This document shows, in pieces, positions 11,744 through 23,534 of a stretch of 64,000 nt of DNA (position 1 is its first letter; each line of letters starts with the position of its first letter). Origin of the DNA: Leucoraja erinacea (lineage: Eukaryota); assembly GCF_028641065.1 (NCBI RefSeq), contig NC_073383.1, forward strand, positions 23,870,001 through 23,934,000. Reading direction: 5' to 3'. The notes below the pieces were generated by a model, which worked only from the letters and a program-made list of their open reading frames with translations, was not told the DNA's origin and searched no databases. The translations under genes and the position numbers were made by a program.

Positions 11744-12146
11744 GGCCCATTCTTTGGAAAGTGAACCAAAATGCCACACACATGACCTGATGTAATCGCA
11801 GTAATACATTAAAAATTTATTGTAAGAGATTAATCTTATTAATTGCAATTTTCCTACCTACATAACTATAATGCGTGTCTGCTAAAGATATGAACATTCT
11901 AGTTTAAAAAAAATTCAGTTTGTAAAATGCTTCTATGTGATGTCACACACGTGACCCGTCTTATTTGACCTCTGACACTAAACAAACATTGTCAGCGTAG
12001 CATATGAAAATTTCACGATATACCGAAAAAAATATGAATCATATGTGCAGAACAAAAAAAATGTACCTGTAATGCTTTCAGAATTAGAAGAGATGTACTC
12101 CACAATTTTTCATCTTTTTGGTCACACACGTGACTAAGAATGGGTC
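11744..12146. mobile_element. ~400-bp MITE, superfamily unassigned
   Basis: TIRs ggcccattctt / aagaatgggtc with tgca on both sides. Internal gtcacacacgtgac motif is repeated. It interrupts a decayed CR1 3' region. Confidence 0.6.
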
Positions 12147-14940
12147 TGCAGAGATTTGGATCCCGTGCTTGAAAGTAAAATTAGGCTGGGAACCTCCTTG
12201 TCAAATGGTAAATGCTCAATGATTATATAATATTTGCACGTGTAAGCTGTGGATAGTTGTACCTGAGAAGCTTGCAACAACCCAAATGTGCTTTCTTTCA
12301 AATAAAGGGAGGAAGGAATTTCTTATCTCCAAAGGAATACCCGACATGACATTTCAGAGGCCCCTTAATGATCATTTCAGTTCTGCTCAGCATGTTACAA
12401 ATTTTAACTACAGCTCTGGATGGGTAGAGATCAGCCTCTATTGGGAGCCCAGGGGAATTGTTGCATCAGAACATGGTTGCTGGGGGAGGAATAAATGACC
12501 AAGAAACAGACCACAGTGGATCAGAAAGTTCGGGTTTCAAAGGGGCAGAGGGAGTAACATGTATCAGAAAGGCTTTGGATTGTTGGGGAATCTTCCTGGA
12601 GCTGGGAACAAGATCAGGTAGTAGGGGGAGACCTTAGTACGTTATTACTGGGTAGGAAGTCAAGGAACATGGGGATAATGCAGGAAGATGGTAATGATGT
12701 AAACGATCATCTATGATACTATTGATGGACAGCAGAGCCAAATGACTTAATTCTGCTTTTATTTCTTGTGTTTTTCATCTAAATATTAAAAGCAAGCATT
12801 TCAGCAGAGAAATGATTTCCTGTAAATGTTTAACAATGGTCATTAAACGTAATCTTATTTCCAAAAGGAGCAGTGCACAGGTAATGACATAATTCTATCT
12901 GCCACTAACTTAGAAATCACATCAGTTACACAAAAGTGACCCACATCAGTTACACAAAAGTGACCCACACCAGTTGAACTTTTGCAGTGACGTAGAAATG
13001 ATTGTTATATTTCACTAAAATTGTTTTGTTATAGCAAAACATAGAAAGTATGTTATCTGATTAAATTACTGGGCAACGTTTAACCAAGACCCTGGACCTC
13101 AAGATCTTCTGAGATACTTTATATTAGAAATCTAATCTGTGATAGACAGATGATAAATAGCAATTAAATAATTTATACGTTTGCCACACAATTTCATTAC
13201 TAACATCATAATTACAGCACCAAACTAGCCTATTCAATCCATCCTTCCAATCCCAGTATGTGCTCCATGAAAACCTTTTCCCATTTGTCCTCATCTAACC
13301 TCACCGCTTCTTCAGCCTCAAATATTTTACCACCTTTGCTTAAATTAATCTCTACTATACTTGAAACTATGTATAATAGCAACTTCTTCATACTAACCAT
13401 TCTATTGATAAAGAGGTTTCTCCTGAATTCCCCATTGGACCTATTGGTGGACCTCTTGGGAGTATGGTCTCTGGTTCTGCTTCTCTCCATGTGGAAATAT
13501 CATTTCATCTACACTTTCAAACCATTCTAAAATCTTTTGTAGAAAGATCTGTTTCAAGTCATTTCCTAATCTTCACTTTCTACAAAAAGGAACATGCTAT
13601 ATGTTTGTACATTTGCATATAATTAATGTATTTAATGTATAAACTGGAATAAACAGATAAAGTATACAGTACACTGTAAACTATAGCACCAATTATATTA
13701 CTGGAAATGCTGTCTTGTTTATTCTAACCATCTGATTCTAATGTTACTTTATCGCTATACAATTACTCATGAAACATTATGTTTTATATCTCCAATGTGC
13801 CTTATCACATTCCTATTGTGATACCTATTTAAAGCTTTGTCAATCTGTTTCCTTCGTTCTACTGATTCTTGCTAAAAGAGCACCAGCAAAATATAACATC
13901 ATAGCAATTCCATTATTTTTGTGGAGTTTGCTAAGTTTATTGGGAGATGTAAAATCAGGCTATATTGAATATTGGTAAAAGATTGAAATGTTGGATTGAT
14001 GCCAGTGCATTTATAATATTGTCACTGTTGCTATGAATTGATAGCTGATTACATGTATTTGCATAAAGAAGCACATTCATATCAATTTGCTTCCGGGAGC
14101 AAATACAGGTACACTACAAAGAATGAGGTGAGGCTTGAAAAACGTTTATAGTAAATAAGGCCACAATATTTTTAATTATGGTGAAAAATGTTTGTTCCTA
14201 TTAGTTCTAAGATAGCAGACAAAGTGCAGAAATATATACTCGAAGAGCATAAACATAACCCATTGCATTAAATTTTACTATTGTCAGGGAAAGAAATGCA
14301 AGTCTTAATGAAGCGAATCACTAGTTGTCTATACTAGATAAATCGACCATCTTGGAATGTCTTCATTCCAGGAATCAGTATGCCTATTATGTAGCCAATT
14401 CATTTGTGATTTTCTTTTGTAAATTGCTGTCAATCAACTCACTCTCAACTGAAACTGCAGTAGAAACTATTCCACAATCTTTAAAAGCAGTTTGATTTAT
14501 TTCCGAAACAATGCCGGGAAAGGAATGTAATTTTTGTTAATGAGAAATTTCATAGATAAAGTAAACCTTCTCGCCCATTTAACCTGTGGGAGGCACCTGT
14601 GGAGTATATTTAATCCAGGATTAAATACAGGAATGCAATTTCAAGCAATCTGATTAAAAAAATAGCGTCAGAGCATTTTCAAATGAAATCAAAAAATACC
14701 AGAAAAATAATGAATCAATGCTGCTCTGGTCAACCATGAACAAACTGAATATTTGGAATAATCTGGGGGAATACAATCATCTATTACTTGGTTAAAACAA
14801 AATGCTGGTGAAAGATATAGAGAGATATAGATAAATGGATGTAATATTGATCATAGGAAATGATACCAGGAGAATGTTTAGATAAGATAATCATGGAGAG
14901 TGTAACGGAAGCGGGATGGAAGGAAACAAAAATGATATGG

Positions 14941-15153
14941 TGTAGTGGCCTGGTCAAGGTCAGGAAAAGACCGGACGCCAGGCGGATTCAAAAGAAGCTT
15001 TTTTTATTAACCCAGTTTTCGAACACCAACCGACACTCTTATATCTACCCCTGGGGAGTCGACCGGGAAACCCCGTGGCAGACCTACGCCCCTGTCCCTC
15101 AATCGTCGAGGGGAATGATCCAAGGAGTGGCCTACCCCCCAGGGACCGCCACA
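14941..15153 (-). repeat. 3' LTR (213 bp)
   Basis: Differs from the other LTR by one substitution (ggacgcc/ggacacc) and one T in a homopolymer. Confidence 0.97.
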
Positions 15154-15159
15154 GGACCC

Positions 15160-18100
15160 CCCCCAAGTACCCGAGGTACGAAACGGACAGGACGGCGTAC
15201 ACGACGGCCAGACCCGGTGCACACTACGCTCGGACCCGGAACAGGCGCCTGATTAACAAGTGCGGGGTACGAAGTAACCAAAGGAGGAGGTACCCTAGAC
15301 AGAGGTCGCCCCCGCTTACGGGGCAGCGCTACCAGCGCCGGCCGATCGATATCGATATGTGCTGGCTTCAACCGCGCAACTGAAACAGTCTCCCGCCGAC
15401 CCCCCATGTCCAGGACGAACGTCGACGAGCCCTGTTCCAAGACCCGGAAGGGGCCTTCATACGGCCGCTGTAGAGGTGTCCGATGTGCATCCCTGCGCAG
15501 AAAAAAACAAACTGGCAGTCCTCCAGAGCAGAGGGAATGTGCGGACGGAAGGACCCATGACGAGAAGTGGGCACCGGCGCCAGCTTGCCCACCGTCTGCC
15601 GAAGACGTTGCAGAGCTTCTGAAGGCTGCTCCACCTGGCCACGTGCCGGCGGGATGAACTCCCCAGGCACCGTTAACGGAGACCCATACACCAACTCAGC
15701 GGAGGAGGAGGCCAAGTCCTCCTTGGGTGCGGTGCGTATCCCCAGCAAAACCCACGGTAGAGCGTCTACCCAATCTGGGTCAGTGAGCCGCGCCCTTAGG
15801 GCACCCTTAAGCTGTCGGTGAAACCGTTCCACTAGGCCGTTCGACTGTGGGTGGTACGCTGTCGTGTGGTGCAGACGAACACCCAGGAGGCGTGCCATGG
15901 CCGACCACAGCTCTGACGTGAACTGAGGCCCCCGGTCGGATGTTATGTCCAGTGGAACCCCGAACCGGGCGATCCAGTGCGCCAACAATGCTCGAGCACA
16001 GGTAGTAGTGGTGGAATTCTGTAGCGGAATGGCTTCAGGCCACCGCGTGAAGCGGTCCACAACGGTAAATATATACGTCATGCCCTGGGACGACGGCAGC
16101 GGCCCCACGATGTCCACGTGAATGTGGTCGAAACGTTTATGAGGAATGGGGAACTCCTGCAATGGCGCGTGCACGTGTCGTTGCACCTTGGCGGTCTGGC
16201 ATCGGATGCAAGTGCGCGCCCAATGCCCAACCTCCTTCCGCAGCCCGTGCCACATAAAGCGGGAGGCTACCAGGGCCATTGTTGCCCTGATGGAGGGATG
16301 CGCAAGGCCATGGAGCACCTCAAACACCCTGCGCCGCCAGGCGATCGGGACGATGGGTCGCGGAACTCCAGAGGAGACATCGCACAACAGCGTGGTACCC
16401 CCAGGACCACAGACAACGTCCTCCAACTGCAGGCCCGAAACTGCTGTACGATAGGCAGCCATCTCCTCGTCGACCAGCTGAGCAGCTGCCAGGTCGGAAT
16501 AGTTAATCCCCTCACCGACTTGGAGAACCGCGTGGACTGCAGGTCTTGATAAGGCATCGGCCACCCTGTTAAATTTGCCCTCAATGAACCGGATGGAGGT
16601 GGTGTACTCGGACACATACGCCAACTGCCTCTGCTGCCGGGCAGACCACGGGTCTGATACCTTGGCGAACGCGAAGGTTAGCGGCTTGTGGTCCGTGAAT
16701 GCAGTAAATGGTCTCCCCTCCAGAAAATAGCGGAAATGGCGTACGGCGAGATATAGGGCAAGGAGCTCACGGTCGAAGGCGCTGTAACGACGCTGTGGTC
16801 CACTGAGATGCCTGCTGAAGAAGGCAAGTGGCCGCCAGCAACCCTCAATGAGCTGCTCTAACACTGCCCCAACCGCAATCTCCGAAGCATCCACCGTCAA
16901 GGCGGTCGTGGCATCCTCTCGTGGGTGGACGAGCATCGTGGCCTCAGCCAGTGCCTGCTTAGCCGTCTCAAATGCCGCTGTTGCTTCCATGGACCAATCA
17001 ACCTCCCTGCGATGACCAGCAATCAGGTTGAAAAGCGGACGCATGATCGCAGCCGCTGAGGGCAGGAAGCGGTGATAGAAAGTGACCATTCCCACGAATT
17101 CCTGCAGGCCCCTAACTGTGGTCGGACGGGGAAACCTGCGGATAGCGTCTACCCTGGTCGGCAGAGGCACCACCCCTTGTTCGGTCACGCGGTGGCCGAG
17201 GAAGGTGGCCGAGGAAGTCGTTTATAGTCAAACCGAAATCGCTGAGGCGCTGACACAGTTGACGGAGGTGGGAGCAGTGCTCCTGCCGCGTGCGACTGGC
17301 CACGAGTATGTCGTCCAGGTACACAAAAACAAAGTCCAATCCGCGGCACACGCAGTCCATAAGCCGCTGAAAGGCCTGCGCGGCGTTCTTCAACCCAAAC
17401 GGCATCCGCACAAATTCGAAAAGACCAAATGGTGTGATAATGGCCGTCTTCGGGATATCGTCGGGGCGGACTGGGATTTGATTGTACCCTCGCACGAGGT
17501 CCACCTTGGAAAATACGGATTGCCCCAGCCAGATGGGCATTGAAGTCCTGAATGTGCGGGACCGGATACCTGTCGGCGACGGTCGCATCATTCAGGCGCC
17601 GGTAATCGCCACACGGGCGCCAGCCCCCGTCCTTCTTAGGGACCATGTGGAGCGGTGAGGCCCATGGGCTATCGGATGGACGCACGATGCCCAACGCCTC
17701 CATCTGGCGGAACTCCTCCCGAGCTAGACGGAGCTTGTCTGGGGCGAGACGACGTGCCCGGGCGTGCACAGGTGGGCCAGTAGTCGGGATATGGTGCTCC
17801 ACCCCGTGCTTCGGGGTGGAGGAGTGGAAGTGGGGTTCGAGAATGCTAGGAAAATCTGCCAGGATACGCGCGAAAGTCGCATCCACGGATGACAGGGGGC
17901 CATCAGGGCGTACTACAGGATCACCTGTACGGAGGAAGACTGGCTCCAGCGTGGCTGAGTGCATCAGGCGCCGCCGCTTGACATCCACGAGCAGTGAATG
18001 GGCTCTAAGGAAGTCGGCGCCCAGCAGCGGCTGGGAAACGTCTGCAATGACGAACCTCCACGAAAACGAGTTGCGGCCAAAGTTGAGGGGAATGGTGCGA

Positions 18101-18312
18101 AACCCGTAGGTGCGAATAGCACTCCCGTTTGCCGCGGTGAGGAGGGGGCCTTGTTTGCCCGCCCGGATGTCAGTGATGGAGGGAGGCAGAACACTCACTT
18201 CCGCACCCGTGTCGACGAGGAAACGTCCCCCACTGCGGCGATCCCATGCGAAAACGCGATGAATCGTGCCGGCCGCCGAAGGAATCGCTGACGGCCGGCC
18301 CTTTAGTTTCCC
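15160..18312 (-). pseudogene. pol: Gypsy pol (protease-RT-RNase H-integrase), frameshifted
   Basis: FLVDTGAE protease, YLDD RT, TVDAS/AFDRELLA RNase H, HHCC zinc finger and D,D35E integrase (HVDIVG, SDRG, GLVER), split across ORFs 17185-18645, 17112-17591, 15368-17188 and 15132-15440. Confidence 0.92.
18265..18312 (-). promoter_or_regulatory. -1 programmed ribosomal frameshift signal (G GGA AAC + hairpin)
   Basis: Slippery heptamer at 18312-18306, 6-nt spacer, then a 10-bp stem GCCGGCCGTC/GGCGGCCGGC. Pol is in the -1 frame. Confidence 0.8.
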
Positions 18313-19115
18313 GAGAACGAACAGGGTGGGCGACAAAGCCTGGCTGCAGCTCCCCAGCGGCGATGATAATAACACCAACCAGCTTTGCTGGCGTCTGGTT
18401 GAACTGCAAGCCGATTTGGCTGGTTTGAACGCTAGCGACCTCTGCTGGCATTGGTTTGAACTGCAGGCTGGCCGTGCTGGAAGGACGTGCCTGCTGCTGA
18501 ATGCGTAATGGCCGCCGGATTTTGCCGCGGGGGCCGACCGGGAGCAGTGGAGACGCGGTGGATAGCGGTCCCGACCTGCTCTGAGTCTCCAAACGACTCG
18601 GGAAGGACGTCCACTGCTTCCAGGTTGCGATGGCGAGAATTCCACAGCTCGTCGGCATGTTCACCCAGCGCCAGCATGTCGGTAAACGGGTCCCTGGCGA
18701 GCTGCATGCGAATGTCGGGAGGCAGCTGCTGCAGGTAGGCATACTTAAAGAGAAAGCACGGCTCATGGTCCCCCATTAGGGTGAGCATGTCTTCCAGGAG
18801 GGCAGACGGCTGGCGGTCGCCCAGGCCGTCCATTCTGAAAATGCGAGCTGCCCGCTCGGCATCACCCAGGCCAAACCTCCTGATTAGAAATGCTTTAAGG
18901 CCAGCATATTTGTTTGTTACCGGGGGGGCCCTGAGGAAAGGCTTAACCCGCCTCGCGGTCAGTTGGTCAAGCGAGCCAACCACGTAATAGTACTTCGTCT
19001 CATCCTGCGTGATACCTCGCACAGCAAACTGGGCCTCTGCCTGCTGGAACCAGGTTTCGGGTTCTTCAGTCCATAGAGTTGGGAGCTTCAGCGCAACAGC
19101 GTTATTATTCATCAC
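18303..19115 (-). pseudogene. gag: Gypsy gag (CsRn1-type) with one in-frame TAG at 18432-18434
   Basis: N-terminus AVALKLPTLWTEEPETWFQQAEAQF. The same frame resumes after the TAG to [19 protein letters not shown] (CHCC motif) and ends at GGA AAC TAA. Confidence 0.85.
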
Positions 19116-19132
19116 GACGCGTGATGAACGAA

Positions 19133-19145
19133 GTCGGGGTCACCA
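19133..19145 (-). promoter_or_regulatory. Primer binding site complementary to tRNA-Trp 3' end
   Basis: Minus strand TGGTGACCCCGAC, one base after the LTR, complementary to ...GUCGGGGUCACCA. Confidence 0.85.
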
Positions 19146-19146
19146 G

Positions 19147-19358
19147 TGTAGTGGCCTGGTCAAGGTCAGGAAAAGACCGGACACCAGGCGGATTCAAAAG
19201 AAGCTTTTTTATTAACCCAGTTTTCGAACACCAACCGACACTCTTATATCTACCCCTGGGGAGTCGACCGGGAAACCCCGTGGCAGACCTACGCCCCTGT
19301 CCCTCAATCGTCGAGGGGAATGATCCAAGGAGTGGCCTACCCCCCAGGGACCGCCACA
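19147..19358 (-). repeat. 5' LTR (212 bp)
   Basis: Direct repeat of 14941-15153, followed on the minus strand by the PBS. Confidence 0.97.
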
Positions 19359-19715
19359 ATGGATTAATTTAACAGGATATTTGCTTGAAGATAGATTAGT
19401 TCATTTTATGGAAGTATTCAGGAGAAGAAATGTATTCTTGGCTGAGGAATTGAGGTTGTTGTGGTGGAGTGAAGACAATGGTTTCAATCATTCCAATGTA
19501 GAATTGAAGAACGTCGTGACTCACCCAAGGTGTAAACGGTAACAAACTTTGGAATTTCCATGCTAAATGGCCAGCATTTACCCATGCAGCAAAATGTTTG
19601 GGCCTCCAATACAAATTAAAAAATCCAAGTTTGCTGACTGAGCTCCATTGGCATTTTTATGGCTTAATTCTTCTTCATGGAGTCCAACATCAGTGCACCA
19701 ATCCTGGCAGGGTAA

Positions 19716-19952
19716 AGGGCCTGTCCCACTTTCACAACATAATTCACGACTCTTTTTACTCGTGGACATTTTTCATCATGTTGAAAAAAAGCCCCAACAT
19801 ACTTGATGCCACGAGTACCTACGACTATCATCACGACCTGCTACGACCTACCTACGACTTCCTACGACCTCGTGACGACCATGGTGCGAGTAAGCGTCAA
19901 GGGCAATCTCGGCAGAGGTCGTGAATTAGGTCATGAAAGTGGGGCAGACCCT
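19716..19952. mobile_element. PIF/Harbinger-type MITE
   Basis: TIR agggcctgtcccactt, TAA TSD, internal ctacgacc motif array. Confidence 0.8.
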
Positions 19953-20145
19953 TAACTTAGGAATCTGAGAGTTGAACCTGTGCCTGCAATCAGGTAAACA
20001 AAAGTTTTCACCAATTTCCATTTGGTTTAATATCTTAATTATTTTTTTGATTATTTTAGTTTCCTTTTAAAAAATTTTTCATTATTTTTATATTTTTAAA
20101 CAGATATTTCATTGATTTTTAATAATTTAATTTATTTTTAGTTAA

Positions 20146-20911
20146 CTAGACCAAGTGCAGAGCTGTTGGGTCTGCTCCACCAACGCACCCGTTCCCTACC
20201 CGTTGCCCCCATGGGAGACGTGGTCCTCCAACTCAAGCTGTTCCCGAACGTAAGATTCCAGCACTCCTCTTGCCTCCCTCAGCAGTGCTCTTTAAAAAAA
20301 AATTCCAATGGCACTTGCCCTGCGTGTTGCAATAGCAATTTGCCCTCCCCTGTTAGTCTATCCATTGTGACCATCAGTTGAAACTGCCATTGTGACATCA
20401 TCAGTTGAAGCTGGTCGGTTGGAAATTCAAGGTATTTTGATTTTTTTTTAACTTTAATCAGTAATGTTGAGAAATAAAGCATAAAATGTTCAGTGAAAGT
20501 GATCTATGCCTAGAGGGGAAAAATGTGAATCAGAATCTGTAAAAATCTTGTGAAAGTTGGCATTTTTAAAGCTTTAATCGTGAATAACGTGTCAAATATA
20601 GGATGAAATCTTCATTGAGGATGATCTCTGCTAGCTGAGCTATTGTGACGTCATCAGTTGAAGCTGGTGGTTTTAATTTCAAAGTCTTTTTACTTTTTTA
20701 GACTTTTAATCAGTAATGAGTCGAGAATAAGTCGAGAAATAAAGCATAAAATGTTCAGTTAAGGTGTTCTCGGCCTCGACGGGAAAAATGTCAACCAGAA
20801 TATTTCAAAATGTAATTGTTACCACGTAGTGCTTTTGCGAAGATGTAAAGACAACCACATATACACACACATATACACACGTACAAGATCAGACGTTTAA
20901 TAGGTATATGA
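20146..20911 (-). mobile_element. Non-autonomous Helitron
   Basis: Minus strand ends gcagacccaacagctctgc-acttggtCTAG|t (hairpin plus CTRR) and starts TCatatacctattaaa. Internal ~250-bp repeat. The 5' boundary is blurred by (tatga)n. Confidence 0.65.
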
Positions 20912-22727
20912 CATGATATGATATGATATGATATGATATGGATACTTCATTGATCTTTTTTTTCCTGCTGCTTTGTGGATATGGCTTGTCATTGCCTCTG
21001 CCCTTAGTTGGCTGTGTCATCCAGCAGATTCAGCTTCCTATATACAAATCAGGTTTGGCTTCTACATCAGTCATGATTGGGTCAATGTTGAACAGCTGGT
21101 TTAGCCACAGAGGCAGTGAGAGAAACAACAAAGACACTGAGGTGGTTCATGTGAAATCAAATCTCCCAATTTACGGTTTTACTGGAGGGCAGCGTTGCAG
21201 GGACAAAAATGTCAATGATTAGAATTTGTTGCCTCCAGGGATAATATTCCAGGGGAAAGCACAGGAGCCATTTCTGGAGTTGCAAGGGGTTATGTTATGA
21301 AAGGATGAAACAGTGCCAGAGCAATTTGATGCACCAAGAAAATTGAATGCAAGGTCAGCATGGTGAACCATGCTGAAATCTACATAAAAATCAAAGAGAA
21401 ATCAGTCACTGTCCAGGACCATAACATTATATTTTGGCTGGAATATTTTCTGGATTGGGAAAGAACTGAAAGCTGATCTAAAAGATTCAGGGGGTTTTGT
21501 CACAGAACTGGAAAAGATGACCTGTTGAATACCTCGAGAATTAACAAATATTTAAAATTGAACTTTAATCCGAAAGGAAAGGTGGTTCAGGGGTTGAATA
21601 TCGTGACCAAGGTTGTAACATTAGTTTTGACAGAAGATTAAATGATTCCAAGGAAAGAGAACCATGAACAAAATCAGCTGGAATTGAGGCTAAGAAAGAA
21701 ACTGTGAATAGGACCCAGAGAATACATGGAACACCTGGGAAAGTATTATCTTCAAGACAAATACTTTTTCCTTTAATAACTTAAATATTTCCTCTAAATG
21801 CAGTCTTATCGTTTCCTCAATCTCTTTCCTGAAAAGAGTTCCACCTTTTCAGAATTTCCTGTGAAACTCAGATTGTCCTGAATTCTGCATTGTATTTATT
21901 AGTAGCCTCTTGTTTTAACCTCCCCCACAAATGGAAACATCTTCACTACATCTACCCTTACATAATTTAAAAGGTTTCTGTCAATTCTTCTCCGCCTTTT
22001 CCCTTTTCTGGAATAAAAGAGTGCCAGCCAATTTTTTTTTCCTAATTGCATTCCGTCAGATTTTAAATCATCTTTGTAAATATGGTTTCTAGTTTCTGCA
22101 GTAAGTAAATATACTTTTTTATAATTTGGCTATAAGTAAGATAGAGAAGCAGTACAAACATTAAATAAGTCATCCACAAAATAAGTTTTAAATATCCTTG
22201 CACTTGGAGATAATTCTGGTTGAGGAGCAAATGCACCATAGAACTGATAAATATGTTTTTATTATGTGCAAAAAAAAAACTGCACACTACAATTCTGAAG
22301 AAACAGCAAAACTGACAAGATAAAATAATTGTTGTATCTTCGGACAGATTTTCTGATTTTAAATCAACATATATCCAAACAGCTAAACATTGACTTCTGA
22401 CCATCTTCTGTAAGTGTTAGGGTGAAAGATTGACCATGTTTAAAACAGCAGAACAAATACAAACATTGTAAAACACAAAACCAAGCTGCAATACCCTAAC
22501 AAACATTTGTGCATATACAGCCCCAAGTATCCAATGACAAGGTACCCAACCCAGTAATCAGTGGCAGGGATTGCCATTCATTCTTTCCATAAATTATTAC
22601 TTAAGCAATGCAGCATCGAATTTTGTAATTGAGATCTTATTTGGTGCTAAATTTTAATATATTTAGAATATAATCTAAAAGCAAATGTTTTCAATAGCAA
22701 TTAGTTATGTAATTGGATTTGTTACAA

Positions 22728-22740
22728 CCAGCAGAGGGCA
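22728..22740 (+). promoter_or_regulatory. Candidate CTCF site
   Basis: CCAGCAGAGGGCA matches the CCASYAGRKGGCR core in non-repeat AT-rich DNA. Motif only. Confidence 0.35.
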
Positions 22741-23534
22741 ACATTTTTGAATGGTCAGGTTCACAGCGATATATACATTATATCATATGATATATACATT
22801 ATATACATTATGCCTATGCACACATGCAAACATACATATATACAGTTTATAAACAATTATCCAAATTCTATGTACAACTGTGTCAATAAACTAAAACTCA
22901 ACCATCATCACAACCCTTCCTCATTCTTATACCTATGGAAAATATTTTTTTTGCACTTCTTAAACTGAGTAATGTTTGTGCTTTGTTTGAGTTCCATATC
23001 GAAATTATTCCACAATTTCAACCCACAGATTGAAATACACATACTCTTCATAGTTGTACGAACACAAAGTTTCTTTAAATTAAACTTTCCTCTTAAATTA
23101 TAACCACCCTCCCTGTTAAAGCAAATTTAAAAACAACACAAACCGGAAGTGGACAAGATGAGATTGAATCTTCCACTGTTTTCTCAGGAAGCGTGCCTTT
23201 CTGGCAATGTCTGCATTATGTTTTGTCAGATGTCCATTCAAGTAGACATCTGACATCCCTTCAGTTTTTTTCCTTGCCTTAGCAATGGTTTTATGCTTTC
23301 TGTTCGCAAACCTTTAATATTACGGCTGGTTTGTCACTTGTTTTTCCGAGGGAGAGGGTGACGTGCCTCAATGTTGTTAAAGCAGTCACCTGTTGCTCCA
23401 CAGAGTTTGAGTCCAACTCACTGAGTCCCCCACCATTAGGCCGAATGTCTAATTATGCTTCTATTGCTCCCATTCTTGCTTTATGTCTTATGGATGGCGT
23501 TTAGACCCTAAAGCACGGGATTTAGACCCTAAAG

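Larger units (their letters stand above)
14941..19358 (-). mobile_element. Ty3/Gypsy LTR retrotransposon, CsRn1-like, full length (4.4 kb)
   Basis: TG...CA LTRs at 14941-15153 and 19147-19358, 4-bp TSD atgg, tRNA-Trp PBS, G-rich PPT, gag and PR-RT-RH-IN order. Confidence 0.97.

Noticed and set aside
12918-12975. 24-bp tandem duplication (also small ones near 30130 and 49945)
   Set aside because: Ordinary slippage duplications.
13605-14070. Octamer (atttgcat) and TAAT motifs as an enhancer
   Set aside because: Expected by chance in AT-rich DNA, with no other support.
14860-19372. Plus-strand ORFs over the Gypsy element as antisense genes or env
   Set aside because: Shadow ORFs of GC-rich coding sequence. 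There is no room for env between integrase and the PPT.
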